Of a stretch of DNA of 64,000 nt, positions 1-12,421 are shown piece after piece. How positions within the stretch are numbered: the stretch's first letter is position 1; each line of letters opens with the position of its first letter. The notes beneath the pieces are model-generated. The model saw nothing but the letters and a program-made list of their open reading frames with translations. It made no database searches and was not told the DNA's origin. A program made the position numbers and the translations under genes. Source of the stretch: Azolla caroliniana (lineage: Eukaryota > Plantae > Polypodiophyta); NCBI GenBank assembly GCA_043228905.1, contig JBHGNT010000002.1:6386001-6450000 (forward strand). Direction: 5' to 3'.

Positions 1-904
1 CGAGATCCTAGAACTAGTAAGGGCATCCCACAGATGGTCATCTTTTGTCGAGGTGGATGGTCCTGTGGACTGTGGTGCTCCGATGGTCACGTCCTGCATC
101 TCTGTGTGCATCCTCTCAACGTTGCTTTTGTTGGCGGTGTCAATCCATTCCGTGGCTGTTTGTCAGACTTCATCTTGTACTTGCCATTGGGTAGCCTAGG
201 TTTTGCTGCGTGTAGTGACGTGTTGAACGTCTGCCATAATACTATTCACGGACGGGGCCTTGTCGCGGTCCGTGGTTGGGCATTGGGTAGCGTAGTGGCT
301 GGGTTGGTTACACTTAAAGCAGGTAACCGATGCCGAGTTGCTGGTGTCACCATGATTAGTGTGTGGGAGAGGGTGTGAGCAGTTCCCAACCTCTTGTGTA
401 GGCGTGTTGGCCCGTGGCACGTTATGGGGAAGAGAGTTGTGCGATACGTTTTGAGGAGGGTCCCGACGACGATTGTTGTTATGTTGTCGATTGTTCCACA
501 AACCTTTGTGAGAGTTCCTTCTATCGTTTCGTGAATACCGCTGATCGTACCGGTCATCCCGGTCGTCGTTGTACCGGTCATACTCGTCATTTGCTTTATA
601 TTGGTCATCGCAGCATTGGTCATGACGGTCGTTTGATCTCCTGCGGTTGTTGTGGTGGTAGCGGTCGTCGTCGCGGCGGTAGTTGTCGTCACAACGCTGA
701 AAATCCGGGGATTGTGGTCGCTCGTTATCCTGAAGTCGGTAGGATTGACGCTTGTCCTACCGTGAGTATGTATTTCGAGGCTCGATCTAGCGAACTGGAA
801 CCGTCGTTGTGCGGTTGAACATGTTGTATTCACATTGTTCGATTGTGTGAGATTGGGATTGACAGATTGGACAATGTGGCCGGTGAGGGCACTCGAGAGC
901 CAAA
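1..904 (-). pseudogene. Gypsy-0 gag C-terminal part (zinc knuckles, Arg/Asp-rich tract)
   Basis: ORF 196-501 encodes CFKCNQPSHYATQC and VNSIMADVQHVTTRSK, matching ORF 22738-23853. Confidence 0.85.
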
Positions 905-1204
905 TGTTGGGGTCAAGGTCGTCAATGCGGAAGAACAAACAACATCTGTGATGTTGAAGGACCTGTGTATGAGAATGAACAAGATACACAGAGAGAGAGA
1001 GAGAGAGATAGGCACAAAGAAACGTTTTATTTCTTAATAGCAACAGTTACAAATGACAACCAACCTTCACTAAAGGTTCCAAAGTCACTTTATATAGTGA
1101 CTATCCTAGGGCAACTGCCCTTTATGCTATTTACAAAAATAGCCCAAACTTGGGTTGTCCAAAGGGACAATGTGAATACGGCCATTATACACTCGTACTC
1201 GACA
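905..1204 (-). repeat. 3' LTR of Copia A
   Basis: Direct repeat of 4804-5135, with an (AG)n tract of different length. Confidence 0.92.
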
Positions 1205-1401
1205 CTCCCCCGTAATGGGCGTATACATGGGTTATCCTAAATTACAGGTATACACAAGGTTTATCGGACATATCAGTTTTGTTCTAGTCGGCAAGATCTG
1301 AAGACAGAAGACCAAACCGGTCGGGTCGGAAAAGCTGAAGCCGATCCTCAAAGAACCGATGTCAGTTGTCCGAAACCATCCTGTGCTATGTGTCCGACTT
1401 T

Positions 1402-2950
1402 TTAACTGGACCAATCTTTCGTTACGCCCATCTGGTGCCGAAGGGACCGAAAGCGATCTGCCGAAAGACACTTGGTCATTCCATCTTCGACATTATTGGT
1501 TGTGGATATCTTCTCGAGACTGATTTTCCCTGAAATGACGCAGTCCCGAACAAAGTGATATCGAAGGTCGATATGCTTGGAGGTGTTGTGGTGAACCGGT
1601 TTTTTTGACAAAGTAACAACACCCTGACTGTCGTTGTAGACAACTGGAGCCAATTCGAGGTCGACTTGTCAAAATGTGTGTGCCAGCTGACCGAGCCATA
1701 AAGCTTCTTTTGCCGCGTCGGACGCAACTACATATTCCGCTTCGGTCGTTGAGGTGGCTGTGGACTCCTGAAGTTTCGACTTCCACGAGATTGCTCCATT
1801 GCCGAATTTGAAACAATATCCGGTTGTTGATTTCTGACTGTCCATGCAGCCGACGAAGTCCGAGTCGGTGTAACCAACTAAGCCTGAGGTTGAGTTCGGG
1901 CCAAAACGAATGTCGTGGTCTTTTGTGCCAGCTAGATATCTGAACACATGCTTGACTGTGTTCCAGTGCGATCGGCTTGGGTTGTGCATGAATCTGCTGA
2001 TGAGGTTGTGCATGAATCTACTGACGACTCCTACGACGTGAGAAATATCAGGCCGTGTCGCGACCATCGCATACATAAGGGAGTTGACTGCCGGTGCATT
2101 TGGTACCGACTTCATATCTTCCCCCTCCAGACCGGATGTCGGGCAGCCTCGTTGAGACAACCGAAGGTTAATGGGGTGCGGGGTCGAAGCAGACTTGGCC
2201 GAGTGCACGTTGAAGTGTTCCAAGACACATTCGATGTAGTCGGTTTGAGACAAGAAAAGTTGTTGTTTATCGCGATGCCGACTAATCTTCATACCAAGTA
2301 TGTGTCTTGCTAGACCGAGGTCCTTCATGGCAAACTTCAACCGTAGTTTCCGAACGAGTTCGGTGAGCTCTCCGACATGTCGGCCGAAGAGTAGCATGTC
2401 ATCCACGTAAATGATGAGGAAGACGGGAGACCTGTCTTGAGCTGTTTTGGTGAAGAGATAGTGGTCCTCATCGCTCTTGGAGAAGCTGACCAATTGGATA
2501 AAGTCGTCGAACTTCTTGTACCACTGTGGGGGTGCCTGTTTCAGGCCGTATAAACTCTTCTTGAGTCGGTAGACTAGATGTTCTTGGCCGAATGCCACAA
2601 AGCCTTTCGGCTGCTCCATATAGATTTCCTCCTGTAGGTCACCGTGGAGGAATGTCGTTTTTACATCTAGCTGAATCAGCTCCAGGTTGTTGGCGGCCAC
2701 GACGCCGAGCATGAAATGAAGGGTTGTCATTTTCACCACTGGTGAAAAGATTTCGTCGAAGTCGATGCCATATTCTTGTCGAAATCCCTTCGCAACTAAT
2801 CTGGCCTTGTACTTTGGGTTGGTCGAGTCAGACGTCTCTTTTAGTCGATAGACTCACTTACACGGAAGAGCACGTCGATTCTTCGGTAATTTGACCAAGT
2901 CCCAAGTCTTGTTTGCGTGAATGGAGTGCATTTCCGACTCCATCGCTAGA
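1402..2950 (-). pseudogene. Copia A reverse transcriptase / RNase H (disrupted)
   Basis: QLDVKTTFLHG, YVDD, YTDSDF and SKHIDLRYHFVR motifs in ORFs 1669-2739 and 1402-1653. Confidence 0.92.
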
Positions 2951-3199
2951 TGCTAGGTGGCTGAGTCGGTAGATGTCGATGCTTCTTCGTAAGACGTCGG
3001 TTCGCCGGCGTCGGTAAAGAAAATTTCGGGAGAGTACCTTTCCGGAGGTTGCGATAGTCTCTCGGATCTTCGAGGTATGATTGGACTGGTCGCACCGGGT
3101 ATAGTGTGCTGAATCGGTGGATTCAGGACGAGAGGTGTCGGTTACCCGTGAAACCGATCTCATGTTGTGGGTTGGGCCTTCATGAAGGGTTGGCACTTC

Positions 3200-4285
3200 G
3201 GAAAGCTCAAGAACGTGTCGGACATTGTGTAGTACGAGTGTAGAGCCACCTGGAAGGTTGAGCTCTATGGTGCCGATTCCGATTATGGCACAGTGTTGCG
3301 AGTTCCCGACTCGAACTGAGTTGGAGTGCCGGTCCGAGTATTGCCGAAACTGAGATCGGTGAGGTGTCACATGATATGATGCGCCCAAGTCCAGGAGCCA
3401 TGTGCTCGATTCCTTAGTCATAAGCAGAACTTTTGATTCAACTGTGTTCTCTATGGACAGTATGTTCGGGTCGGTCATCAAAATTTCGGCTAAAGAGCCG
3501 ATGTAGTTGACCTCCTCATGCCTACTACTCTTCTTATCCGCTCTCTGAGCTTTGTCGGTTTTTGCTTTGAGTGCTCGGCAGTCAGCTTTGATGTGTCTTG
3601 GTTTCTTGCAGTAGTTGCAGATTCGATTGTCCTGAGACTTGCTTCGGCTTCGCTGATTGTTCAACAGTCGAGAAGAACTTCTTCCCCGGTTGTCTGCCGA
3701 GTCTTTGGCGAAAGACTTTCTCCGAGCTGCTTCAGTTAGGATTGCGCTCGTGATTTCGGAGTACTTAATGGCAGTTGTTGAAGCATTGCACACGGTTGTG
3801 ATGAAAGTTTCCCAAGAAGAGGGGAGACTACTCATGAGTATCATTGCTTTGAGATCATCCTCTATTGCCGTCCCCTGAGATGATATTTGGGAGCTTAGGC
3901 TTTTGTACTCGTTGAGGTGTGCCTGACTTGAATTAGATTCTTTCATCCGCAAGTTGTAGAGGCGCCAAATCAGATACATCTTCGTTGCGGCGACCTTCTT
4001 TTCATAAGTTTCCAACAGTGTTTTCAAGAGTTCAAAAGCTATTGAGCATGATTGCACTATGAAGTACACTGACTCCAACAAGTGCATCCGAATCGTGGCG
4101 CGGACGATTCTGTCCAGCTTTAGCCACTCGTTTGCCTTGTATGCTTCGTGAGGATTTTCATTCTCAATCGGGTCTATCTGACCCTTGACTATGAGATAGT
4201 CCTGCATTTGTTCCTTCTAGTAGTTGAAGTTCGACCCGTCGAACCTCCTTAGAATCATCTCTGATGAGCCGGATGTTGATGCCAT
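3200..4285 (-). pseudogene. Copia A gag plus aspartic protease
   Basis: CNYCKKPRHIKADC knuckle and WLLDLGASYH protease motif. ATG at 4285 with an in-frame TAG near 4218. Confidence 0.9.
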
Positions 4286-4803
4286 CTGATTCAGTTTCGG
4301 TTGGTAAGACTCTGTTCAGAGTTGACTAGGAACCTTAGTTGGGTGCAACCGGTCGGCTCACCCGATATCGTTCTAGTCGGTCTTGAACCCGAGTCGGTTT
4401 GGTTTCAGATACTTGTTTGCTGAACCTTCTTGGGGTGATTCCAGTTAGCTTCCGATTGTATGCCGAATACCGATCACAAGAAACCGATTGTTTAGGCTGA
4501 TTCTGCTTCGGATGACTGCAACGATGAGAGGGATGGATCCAACTGATCCTCCCAAATGTCGATCAGCCGAATGAAGCACGAATTTGGTTGTTGTCTAGAG
4601 ACAAATCTCAAGTGGTTACAATCACAGGAACAGAGTACAGCCGGCTAGCTTACTCCAATTAGTGATTTAACACAGTGAGATGCAGACTTCTTGTTTGTCT
4701 TCTCTCTTCTCTGTTCTTCAAGAAAAAATAGAAACAGAGTGTTGTGTGGTGTACTATGACGGCCGACAGCGGGTTGAAGAACCTCCAACGCTCTGATACC
4801 AAA

Positions 4804-4890
4804 TGTTGGGGTCAAGGTCGTCAATGCAGACGAACAAACAACATCTGTGATGTTGAAGGACCTGTCTATGAGAATGAACAAGATACACAC

Positions 4891-4942
<52 letters not shown>

Positions 4943-5135
4943 GCACAAAGAAACGTTTTATTTCTTAATAGCAACAGTTACAAATGACAACCAACCTTCA
5001 CTAAAGGTTACAAAGTCACTTTATATAGTGACTATCGTAGGGCAACTACCCTTTATGCTATTTATAGAAATAGCCCAAACTTGGGTTGTCCAAAGGGACA
5101 ATGTGAATACGGCCATTATACACTCGTATTCGACA
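4804..5135 (-). repeat. 5' LTR of Copia A
   Basis: Adjacent to PBS TGGTATCAGAGC on the minus strand. Confidence 0.92.
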
Positions 5136-5748
5136 CTAGATGGCCCAAGCCCGAGCAGGCTGTGCATTGGAGGGCTTGTCGGAAACGATTGTCGTCTTGA
5201 GGAAGGGTGCTTTGCAAAGAGCCCATGGAGAAAGCTGTGCTATGCTGTGTTTGATTGATGGCGAGGACGCGTGCGATGACTTGCTCGATTCTCTGGTTAG
5301 AGAAATTGGTAAGTGCGAGAGTCGTCCGTAAAGGCTCCCGTAGGATGGAAGGGAAGGTATCCGGAATGTGATGTGCAGAGACATCGTCGGGCAGTTGTCG
5401 GTAGAGATCCTGAAACCGGATCGTGAATTGGGCGACTGTCTCGTGAGGTTCTTGGCTCATGGAAAAGAACTGCCGGAGCAGTTCGCGCTTTGGAACCTCG
5501 CGGTGAAATAATTCTAGAAACTTTGCTCGGACGTCTTGGAACATTGTGACGTCCCCGGCGTCGAGGCGAGAATACCATCGAGCAATCGGGCCATCAAGGG
5601 ATAGAGCAAATTCTGCGATTTTGGAGGACTCGATTTCGGCAGTCGATAACCGTTGTGTCAAGTGGTTGGTATGCCATGTGGACACGAGAGCACGGGTGTG
5701 CGATTCCGCGTCTGGGCCACCTGTATATCATGGGTAAGGGTAAGGCAT
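5136..5748 (-). pseudogene. Gypsy-0 gag N-terminal (capsid-like) domain
   Basis: MPYPYP..SKIAEF..LDGP..ETVAQFTIRFQDL, near-identical in protein sequence to ORF 21900-22577. Confidence 0.88.
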
Positions 5749-6105
5749 GGTATCGAGATCCGGGTCTTCAGGTAAAGCTGGGAAAGGTTTAGGGTTAGGT
5801 TGGGTGACCTCTGGAGGGCTTGGCGGGGAGATCGGTGCGGAATAAACTCGCGACTGGGTATCGGGTGGCGAGGATTGCAACCGGTGGGCCTCCGATAGTT
5901 CCTGGAAAGATTGGTCAGTGACCGCAGAGTCGGAAGTTACTTCGACTAGCTCAGGGCATCGGGCAGGTGGCCGAGACCACGTGATGCGATTGGGCGCTGT
6001 AATGGTGGCTAAGGTTTGCCTCCTACGTAGTTCGCTGTGACTTTACAGCTGTAACTAGGCGTGCCAAATTGTGTTAACCGTTTCTGGAGGAAACACCTTC
6101 GATGA

Positions 6106-6707
6106 TGTTAGGATCTCGGTCCCTCCGGATGGGATGATGAAGGCCCGGTGAGAACCGGATAATGAGTACCCGACAAGGAAGACCCGGTGAGAACCGGATG
6201 TTGCAGGCCTGGTGAGAATCTCTCACCGGATGAAGGGACATATATGTAAATATGTTCCAGAGAGCCCACTAGGGCTATATTTGTAAATAGCTCGAAAGTC
6301 ATATTAGTATAAATATGACCTAGGGCAAACTCTTGGTTGCTGTTGTCATTATTTTGTATAGTGTTATTGGTGTAACTGTTGTACAGAGTGAGAGAGAGAG
6401 AGAGAGAGATACAAAGCAAGTCTCTGTTGTAACTGCCGTTAGGCAAAGTGAGAGAGCAAGAGGTCGTTGCCTCTGTGTTCCTCTGTTGTATTCTCCTTAC
6501 ATAGTGATAGTTGGAGTTTGTGGACTCCCGCGATTTTTCCCATTTAGGGTTTTCCACGTAAACATACTGTGTACCCTTTCTCATATTGCTTGTGTGTGCG
6601 TGCATTTATCTTCATTGCCCATTTCGTCTGTGGTTGTGATAATCACAAAGTGATTGAAGTCTCGGTTGTGGCCGACATATATTCCACATACGCATATTTT
6701 CGCATCA
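6106..6707 (+). repeat. 5' LTR of Copia B
   Basis: TG..CA, direct repeat of 19931-20519. Confidence 0.93.
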
Positions 6708-6737
6708 ATCTGGTATCAGAGCGAAACGACACAAAAA

Positions 6738-8511
6738 ATGGAAGATTCATTTGGTGGTATGTTCAAGCTCACCGTCTCCAACTACTCAGTGTGGAAGTCG
6801 AAGATGAGGGACATGCTCGTGGTTAAAGATCTTTGGTTGATGGTTCAGTTCGGGGACAAGAGATCGGATAAAATCGGCGCTATGGTGTGGGAGGTAATGC
6901 ACATGAAGACAACGACGTACATACGGTGTTTCACCGACATGAGCTTGTACAACAACTTTAATGAAGAGAGCAAGGCTCATGAACTCTGGGAGAAGATCGG
7001 CATTATGTTTCAGAACAAAAATGTTGTTAATTGGGTTTCGGTATTCCAGAAACTAGTAAGACTCCGGTACCAAGATGGCTCCAGTATGGCGGAGCACATG
7101 AATGCCTTCCAGGGACTAATACACCAAGCAACCTCATTGGAAGTACCTCTCGTCGATGAGGTACTTGTCCTACTCCTGCTCGGTTCCCTCCTAGACAACT
7201 GGGAGACGTTAGTTGTCACGTTGGGCAACGTTGGGCCGGAAGGAAAACAGTTATCCCTAGCAAGAGTCAAGTCGAGCTTGCTAGATGAGGAGGCGCGTCG
7301 GAAAGACAAGGATATGATCTCCGACTCCAAAGCGCTCCTTACCGAATCGAAACACGGAAGACAAAGGAATCGGAGTCCCCAAAACCGGGAAAAAAGTCGG
7401 GGACACGGTCAAAGTCAAGAGGAAGGCCCACTTGCTTCTACTGTGGGAAGTCGGGGCACTTCCAGAAGAACTGTCGGCATTTCCGGAAAGAGAAGGAAAC
7501 CGATAGTACCGATTCCAAGCGGTCACCGGACTAGAACAGTAAAGACCGTAGGGGACCGGACCGGAAGGGAACGATGGCAATCGCGGCAAGTGAAGAGAAG
7601 TTGATGCTCATCACCGAGGAGAGTGAGTTGAACCTTGCCGGCAACGAGACAACGTGGGTTGTCGATTCCGGAGCGTCGTTCCACCTAACCCTGGACCGGA
7701 AATGCTTCTCATTCTACACAGCCGGTGAGCACGGCTGTGTCCGGATGGGGAATGAAGGTACATGCCGAATTGTCATCATAGGAGATGTGTGGTTGACAAC
7801 ACCAACCGGATGCAAGTTGCTGCAGAAGGATGTCTGACATGTTCCGGAGGTTCGACTGAATCTGATATCAGTCGGTCGGCTAGATGATGAAGGCTACATG
7901 GGTAGCATCCAGAACGGTGTTATGAAGTTCAACAAAGGGAGCCTAATAGTGGCTCGGGCCCGGAAAGTCAACACATTGTACTTGATGAATGCCCGGTTAT
8001 GCCGAGAAGAGGTGAACCGACTGCCTGGCTGGTAAGCAAAACCAGACCTCCTTCCGCTCAAGGCCACCGATGAGACACAATGCACCACTAGAGCTGGTGC
8101 ATACCGATGTGTGTCAAGTGGATATGGAGTCACATGCCGGATTACTGTACTTCGTGACGTTCATAGATGACCACAACCGGAACCTGTGGGCCACACCATT
8201 GAAGACGAAGGATCAGGTGTTATCCGTCTTCAAGGAGCTCCACGCAAGAGTGGAAAGAGAAATCGGTCAGAAGCTGAAGGCGGTTCGAGCAGATAACGGA
8301 GACGAATACTGGGGGCAGTTTGAGGAGTACTGCCGCTCGAAGGGCATCCGACTCGAATTTACCGTGCCGAAGACGCCAGAACTAAACGGGCTGGCTGAGA
8401 GGATGAACCGGACCATAATGGAGAGGGTCCAGAGTATGCTAGCACATGCTAAGTTACCCAAGACGTTTTGGGCTGAGGCGTTGTCGACAGCTACGTATGT
8501 GATAAACAGAT
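6738..8511 (+). pseudogene. Copia B gag-protease-integrase (frameshifted, truncated by insertion)
   Basis: Homologous to the 1274-aa ORF 49173-52997. WVVDSGASFH, LELVHTDVC and RADNG motifs. Confidence 0.92.
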
Positions 8512-9055
8512 TGTTGAGAAATCGTTGCGGAATTTAAATCACAGTAGACAGACAACGCTGAAATACGAATCACACACGAATACCAGAATAGACAAGATAA
8601 ACAATGGTGCACAGAGATTTATGTGGAAACCTTAAAACGGGGAAAACCACGGGTGAACAGATTTCTTCCCTATGGTATAGTGGATATACAATACAATGAT
8701 GATTACAACACTCTGTCGAGTGTATTAGCCGCACAAGGGTCTTTGCGTCTGCTGTTACACACACAACTATGGCGCGACTCTACCTTCTCTCTCTCACACT
8801 CCCTTGCGTTCTACAACTTTTGTTGTTACACACTACAACCTCTGCACATAGCATAAAGTTTGCCCTAGTTGTATATATACTTACACAACTTTCCGGCTAT
8901 TTACATACGTAGCCCTCATGGGGCGCACACTTAGACTATTTACAAGTATAGTCACCCGAGTTCCTCATCAACTCGGCTCCTGTTTTCCAACTCTTCGACT
9001 GTCTTCTTTCCGAACAGTCGGATCATCCTCCCATTGGAGGGACATATTCCCAACA
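8512..9055 (-). repeat. 3' LTR of Copia C
   Basis: Direct repeat of 16737-17280. Confidence 0.93.
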
Positions 9056-9069
9056 AACTCCCCCTTCAC

Positions 9070-11737
9070 TCCTGTGGGAGGAAATCTTTTAGTCCAGTAT
9101 TTTGTCGAAGACTCTGAGTTTGTCCATAGGTAGGTTCTTCTTCAACATGTCAAATCCATTGTCATCGGTATGGATCTTCATAAGGGAAAACTCTCCTTCT
9201 TCGACTCTCTCCCGCAACTAGTGATACCTTCTCTGTATGTGCTTGGTCTGGGAGTGGTATGCCGCGTTCTTGGCTAGGTGTATGGCGCTTTGGCCGTCAC
9301 AGTGAAGCAATAACTCCTTTTGCTTCATGCCTAGTTCGGTGAGAAAATTTCTCATCCAAATCAGCTCGTTTCCGGCTTCTACAGCTGCCATATACTCTGC
9401 TTCTGTAGTCGACAAGGCTACAAACTTCTGCAGTCGTGACTACCATGACACTGCTCCCCCTGCATAGGTCATCACGTACCCTGACATGGATCGGCTTGAG
9501 TCGGTATCTCCAGACATGTCTGAATCGGTAAAACCTTCCAGTACAGGTTTTCCGACACCATACCTTAGGCACACCCCCAAGGTGCCCTTTAAGTACCTGA
9601 GTATCCATTTCAAATCTGCCCAGTGTTCTCTCCCTGGATTACTCATCTATCGTCTTACTGCTCCCACAACAAATGCTATGTCCGGTCTCATACAGACCAT
9701 AGAATACACTAGACTGCCGACAACTGAGGCATATGGTACCTTCTTCATCTCAGCCTTTTCCTTCTCCCCTCTCGGGCACTACTTCGCATTTAACTTTTTG
9801 TTTGTCAGCAACAATGAGCCGACCGGCTTAGCATCTGACATGTTGAATCTCTCTAGGATCTTCGTCACATACTTCTGTTGTGACAGCCATACCACCTTCC
9901 GAGCTCTGTCTCGGGTTATGTGCATTCCTAGGATTTGCTTTGCCGGTCCAAGGTCTTTCATGGCAAATTATTTGCCGAGAGCTTTCTTCAAGCTTCCAGT
10001 CTTCCTTGTGTCTTGACCGACTATCAACATATCATCAACATATAGCAAGAGAATCAAGAAATCTCCTTCTTCGTACCTTTTGACGAACACACAGTGATTG
10101 GCCTGTGTTTTCTAGAATTGATGTTCCACCATGAAGGACTCGAATTTCTTGTACCATTGGCATGGAGCTTGTTTTAATCTGTACAAGCTTTTCCTCAGTC
10201 GACACACCATATTCTCTTTCCCTTTTTCTTCGAAGCCTTCGGGTTGCTGCATGTAAATTTCTTCTTCTAGCTCTCCGTGCAAAAATGCGGTTTTGACATC
10301 AAACTGTTCGATCTTCAAATCCATGCTGGTCGCTATGCTCAGAACAGTTCGTATGGATGTCATCTTCACGACTGGTGCGAATATTTTGTCAAAGTCGATG
10401 CCCTTCCTCTGTTGGAAATCCTTCACCACTATGTGGGCTTTGTACCTGGGCTCACTGTCGACTCCTCTAGTCTTCACCTTGTAGACCCACTTATTCCTGA
10501 GTGCTCTCTTACCTTTCAGCAACTCTACTAGGTTGTAGGTGTAATTCGCGTGCAAGGATTCCATCTCCTCTTGCATTGTGTTCAGCCATTTGTCTCTACT
10601 CTTGTCAGCAATGGCTTTTTCATAGAACTCCGGTTCACTGTCACCAGTCAAGAGGATGTATTGACTGGCATATGTAGTCGGTGCCTTCCTTTCTCTGAGT
10701 GGGTACCTTCGTCCACTCGCTGTTGGCTCTATTTCGGATGTCTCTGCCAACTCTTCTCTTTGCTCAGGATTCTGCTCATCAATCGACATTTCGAGGCTGG
10801 ACAAATCCAACTCATATTCCTCAATTGATTTTAACAAGTCTGCCAACTCTGACTCATAGTCTGTCGGTCTTTCTGAGTCAACCGACTCGGATTCGGCTAT
10901 GTTGGCCAGCTATCTCCTTGCAGCTGTCGGTGACGACTCACTTGGCCTTAAGTCGATGGTAGTCGAGGTTGATTGGGGAGTCGGTTCTGACTTCTGTTGC
11001 TTCCAGTCTTCAATCGTCTTGTCTTCTAGAGAGATTACATCCCGACTTCTCACTACCTTCTTGTCGACTAGGTCCCAAAGCTTGTAGCTGAACTCCTCTT
11101 CCGAGTATCCCATGAATATACATGCTTTCGACTTGCTGTCGAGCTTTGACCTTTGATCCATTGGTACATGCATATACGCCAAACATCCAAACACCCTCAG
11201 GTGTTGGTAGGAGACATCCTTCCCTATCCACACCCTCTGTGGGACATCACCCTTTAATGGCACTAAGGGAGACCTATTGATAAGATAAACAACTGTGTAC
11301 ATCGCCTTAGTCCAATAGGATTTCGACAGTTTTGCATGGGAGAGCATGCTCCTTACTCTCTCCATGATTTTTCGATTCATCCTCTCTGCAAGCACGTTCA
11401 ACTCTAGGGTCTTTGGCACTGTGTATTTGATCCAAATACCTTGGCACTTGCAGTATTCTTCGAACTGCCATTTATACTCGCCACCGTTGTCAGTTCGGAC
11501 AACCTTCAGTTTCCGACTCGACTCTCTTTCTGTTCTTGCCTGGAACTCCTTGAAAACTGACAGTACTTGATGCTTCGACTTCAGTACGAAGGCCCATGTC
11601 TTCCAACTATAGTCGTCAATAAACGTTACAAAGTACTGTTGTCCTCGATGCGATGGAGCATCCACATAGCACACATCCGTGTGTACTAGTTCCAGTGCAG
11701 CTTCTCTTCTCCTCGGTGGTCTCGAGTGGAATGCCGT
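9070..11737 (-). pseudogene. Copia C integrase-RT-RNase H (disrupted)
   Basis: LELVHTDVC, RTDNGGEY, DVKTAFLHG, FTDSDM and TKHIQRRYH motifs across ORFs 9218-11875. Confidence 0.92.
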
Positions 11738-12421
11738 TGTCGTGAAGAAAACTGGCCAAGGGCGGATTCGGGCAAAAAGGCGCATGAACCGGCTCTTACA
11801 CGGATGGACGCATGAATTGATATTTTGATATTGATTCATAAATGGATCAACTGATGTAAATACTAAGTAGTGCACATTTATTAGGAGGTATTGTGCGTAT
11901 CTCTGTCAGAAGGGACAGGGAATAAAGCGATTCGACTAGGAAAAGGGGCACCCCTTTTTGGGAACTATTTAAGGAGAGGAGAGAAGGAAGAGTGGGGGGA
12001 TCACGCGTTAAGGAGGACGAAGTGCTGCAGGACCGAGAGCCGAACTCTCTCTCCTCCTCTGACGGTCATTCTCTATGGGTATTCTCTGTGGGTGTGGGGA
12101 GTTCGACGCCTCTGCTTCGTGGGTAGCCCGTGCGCTGCCAGCAGAGGCTTTTCCTTTTGCGATTCTTTGGGTCCAGTGTGTTCCGTTTGTGTGCGTGAGT
12201 AGGGTCCCCGTGTCGGGCCCATCGCCGCCTTGCCAGTTGTAACTGTCAGAGTTTGTAATCTCTTGTTATTGTAATTAAGTGTTCTGTTCTATATCTCTCC
12301 TTCTCGCTTCTGTGTGTCTGTGATTCTCTCGCTCTCTCTCTCTCTCTCTCTCTCGCTCTTCGGTCCAAGACCCCCGTGGTCCCGCCCCTTCTACGTGCAC
12401 GGGCGGCAAAGGAGTCGAAAG

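Larger units (their letters stand above)
905..5135 (-). mobile_element. Ty1/Copia LTR retrotransposon, family A, internally deleted (no integrase)
   Basis: TG..CA LTRs 905-1204 and 4804-5135. tRNA-iMet PBS at 4790-4801 and PPT (ctccccc) from 1205. Flanks CCAAA/CTAGA are each one change from an inferred CCAGA TSD. It interrupts the Gypsy-0 zinc knuckle. Confidence 0.93.
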
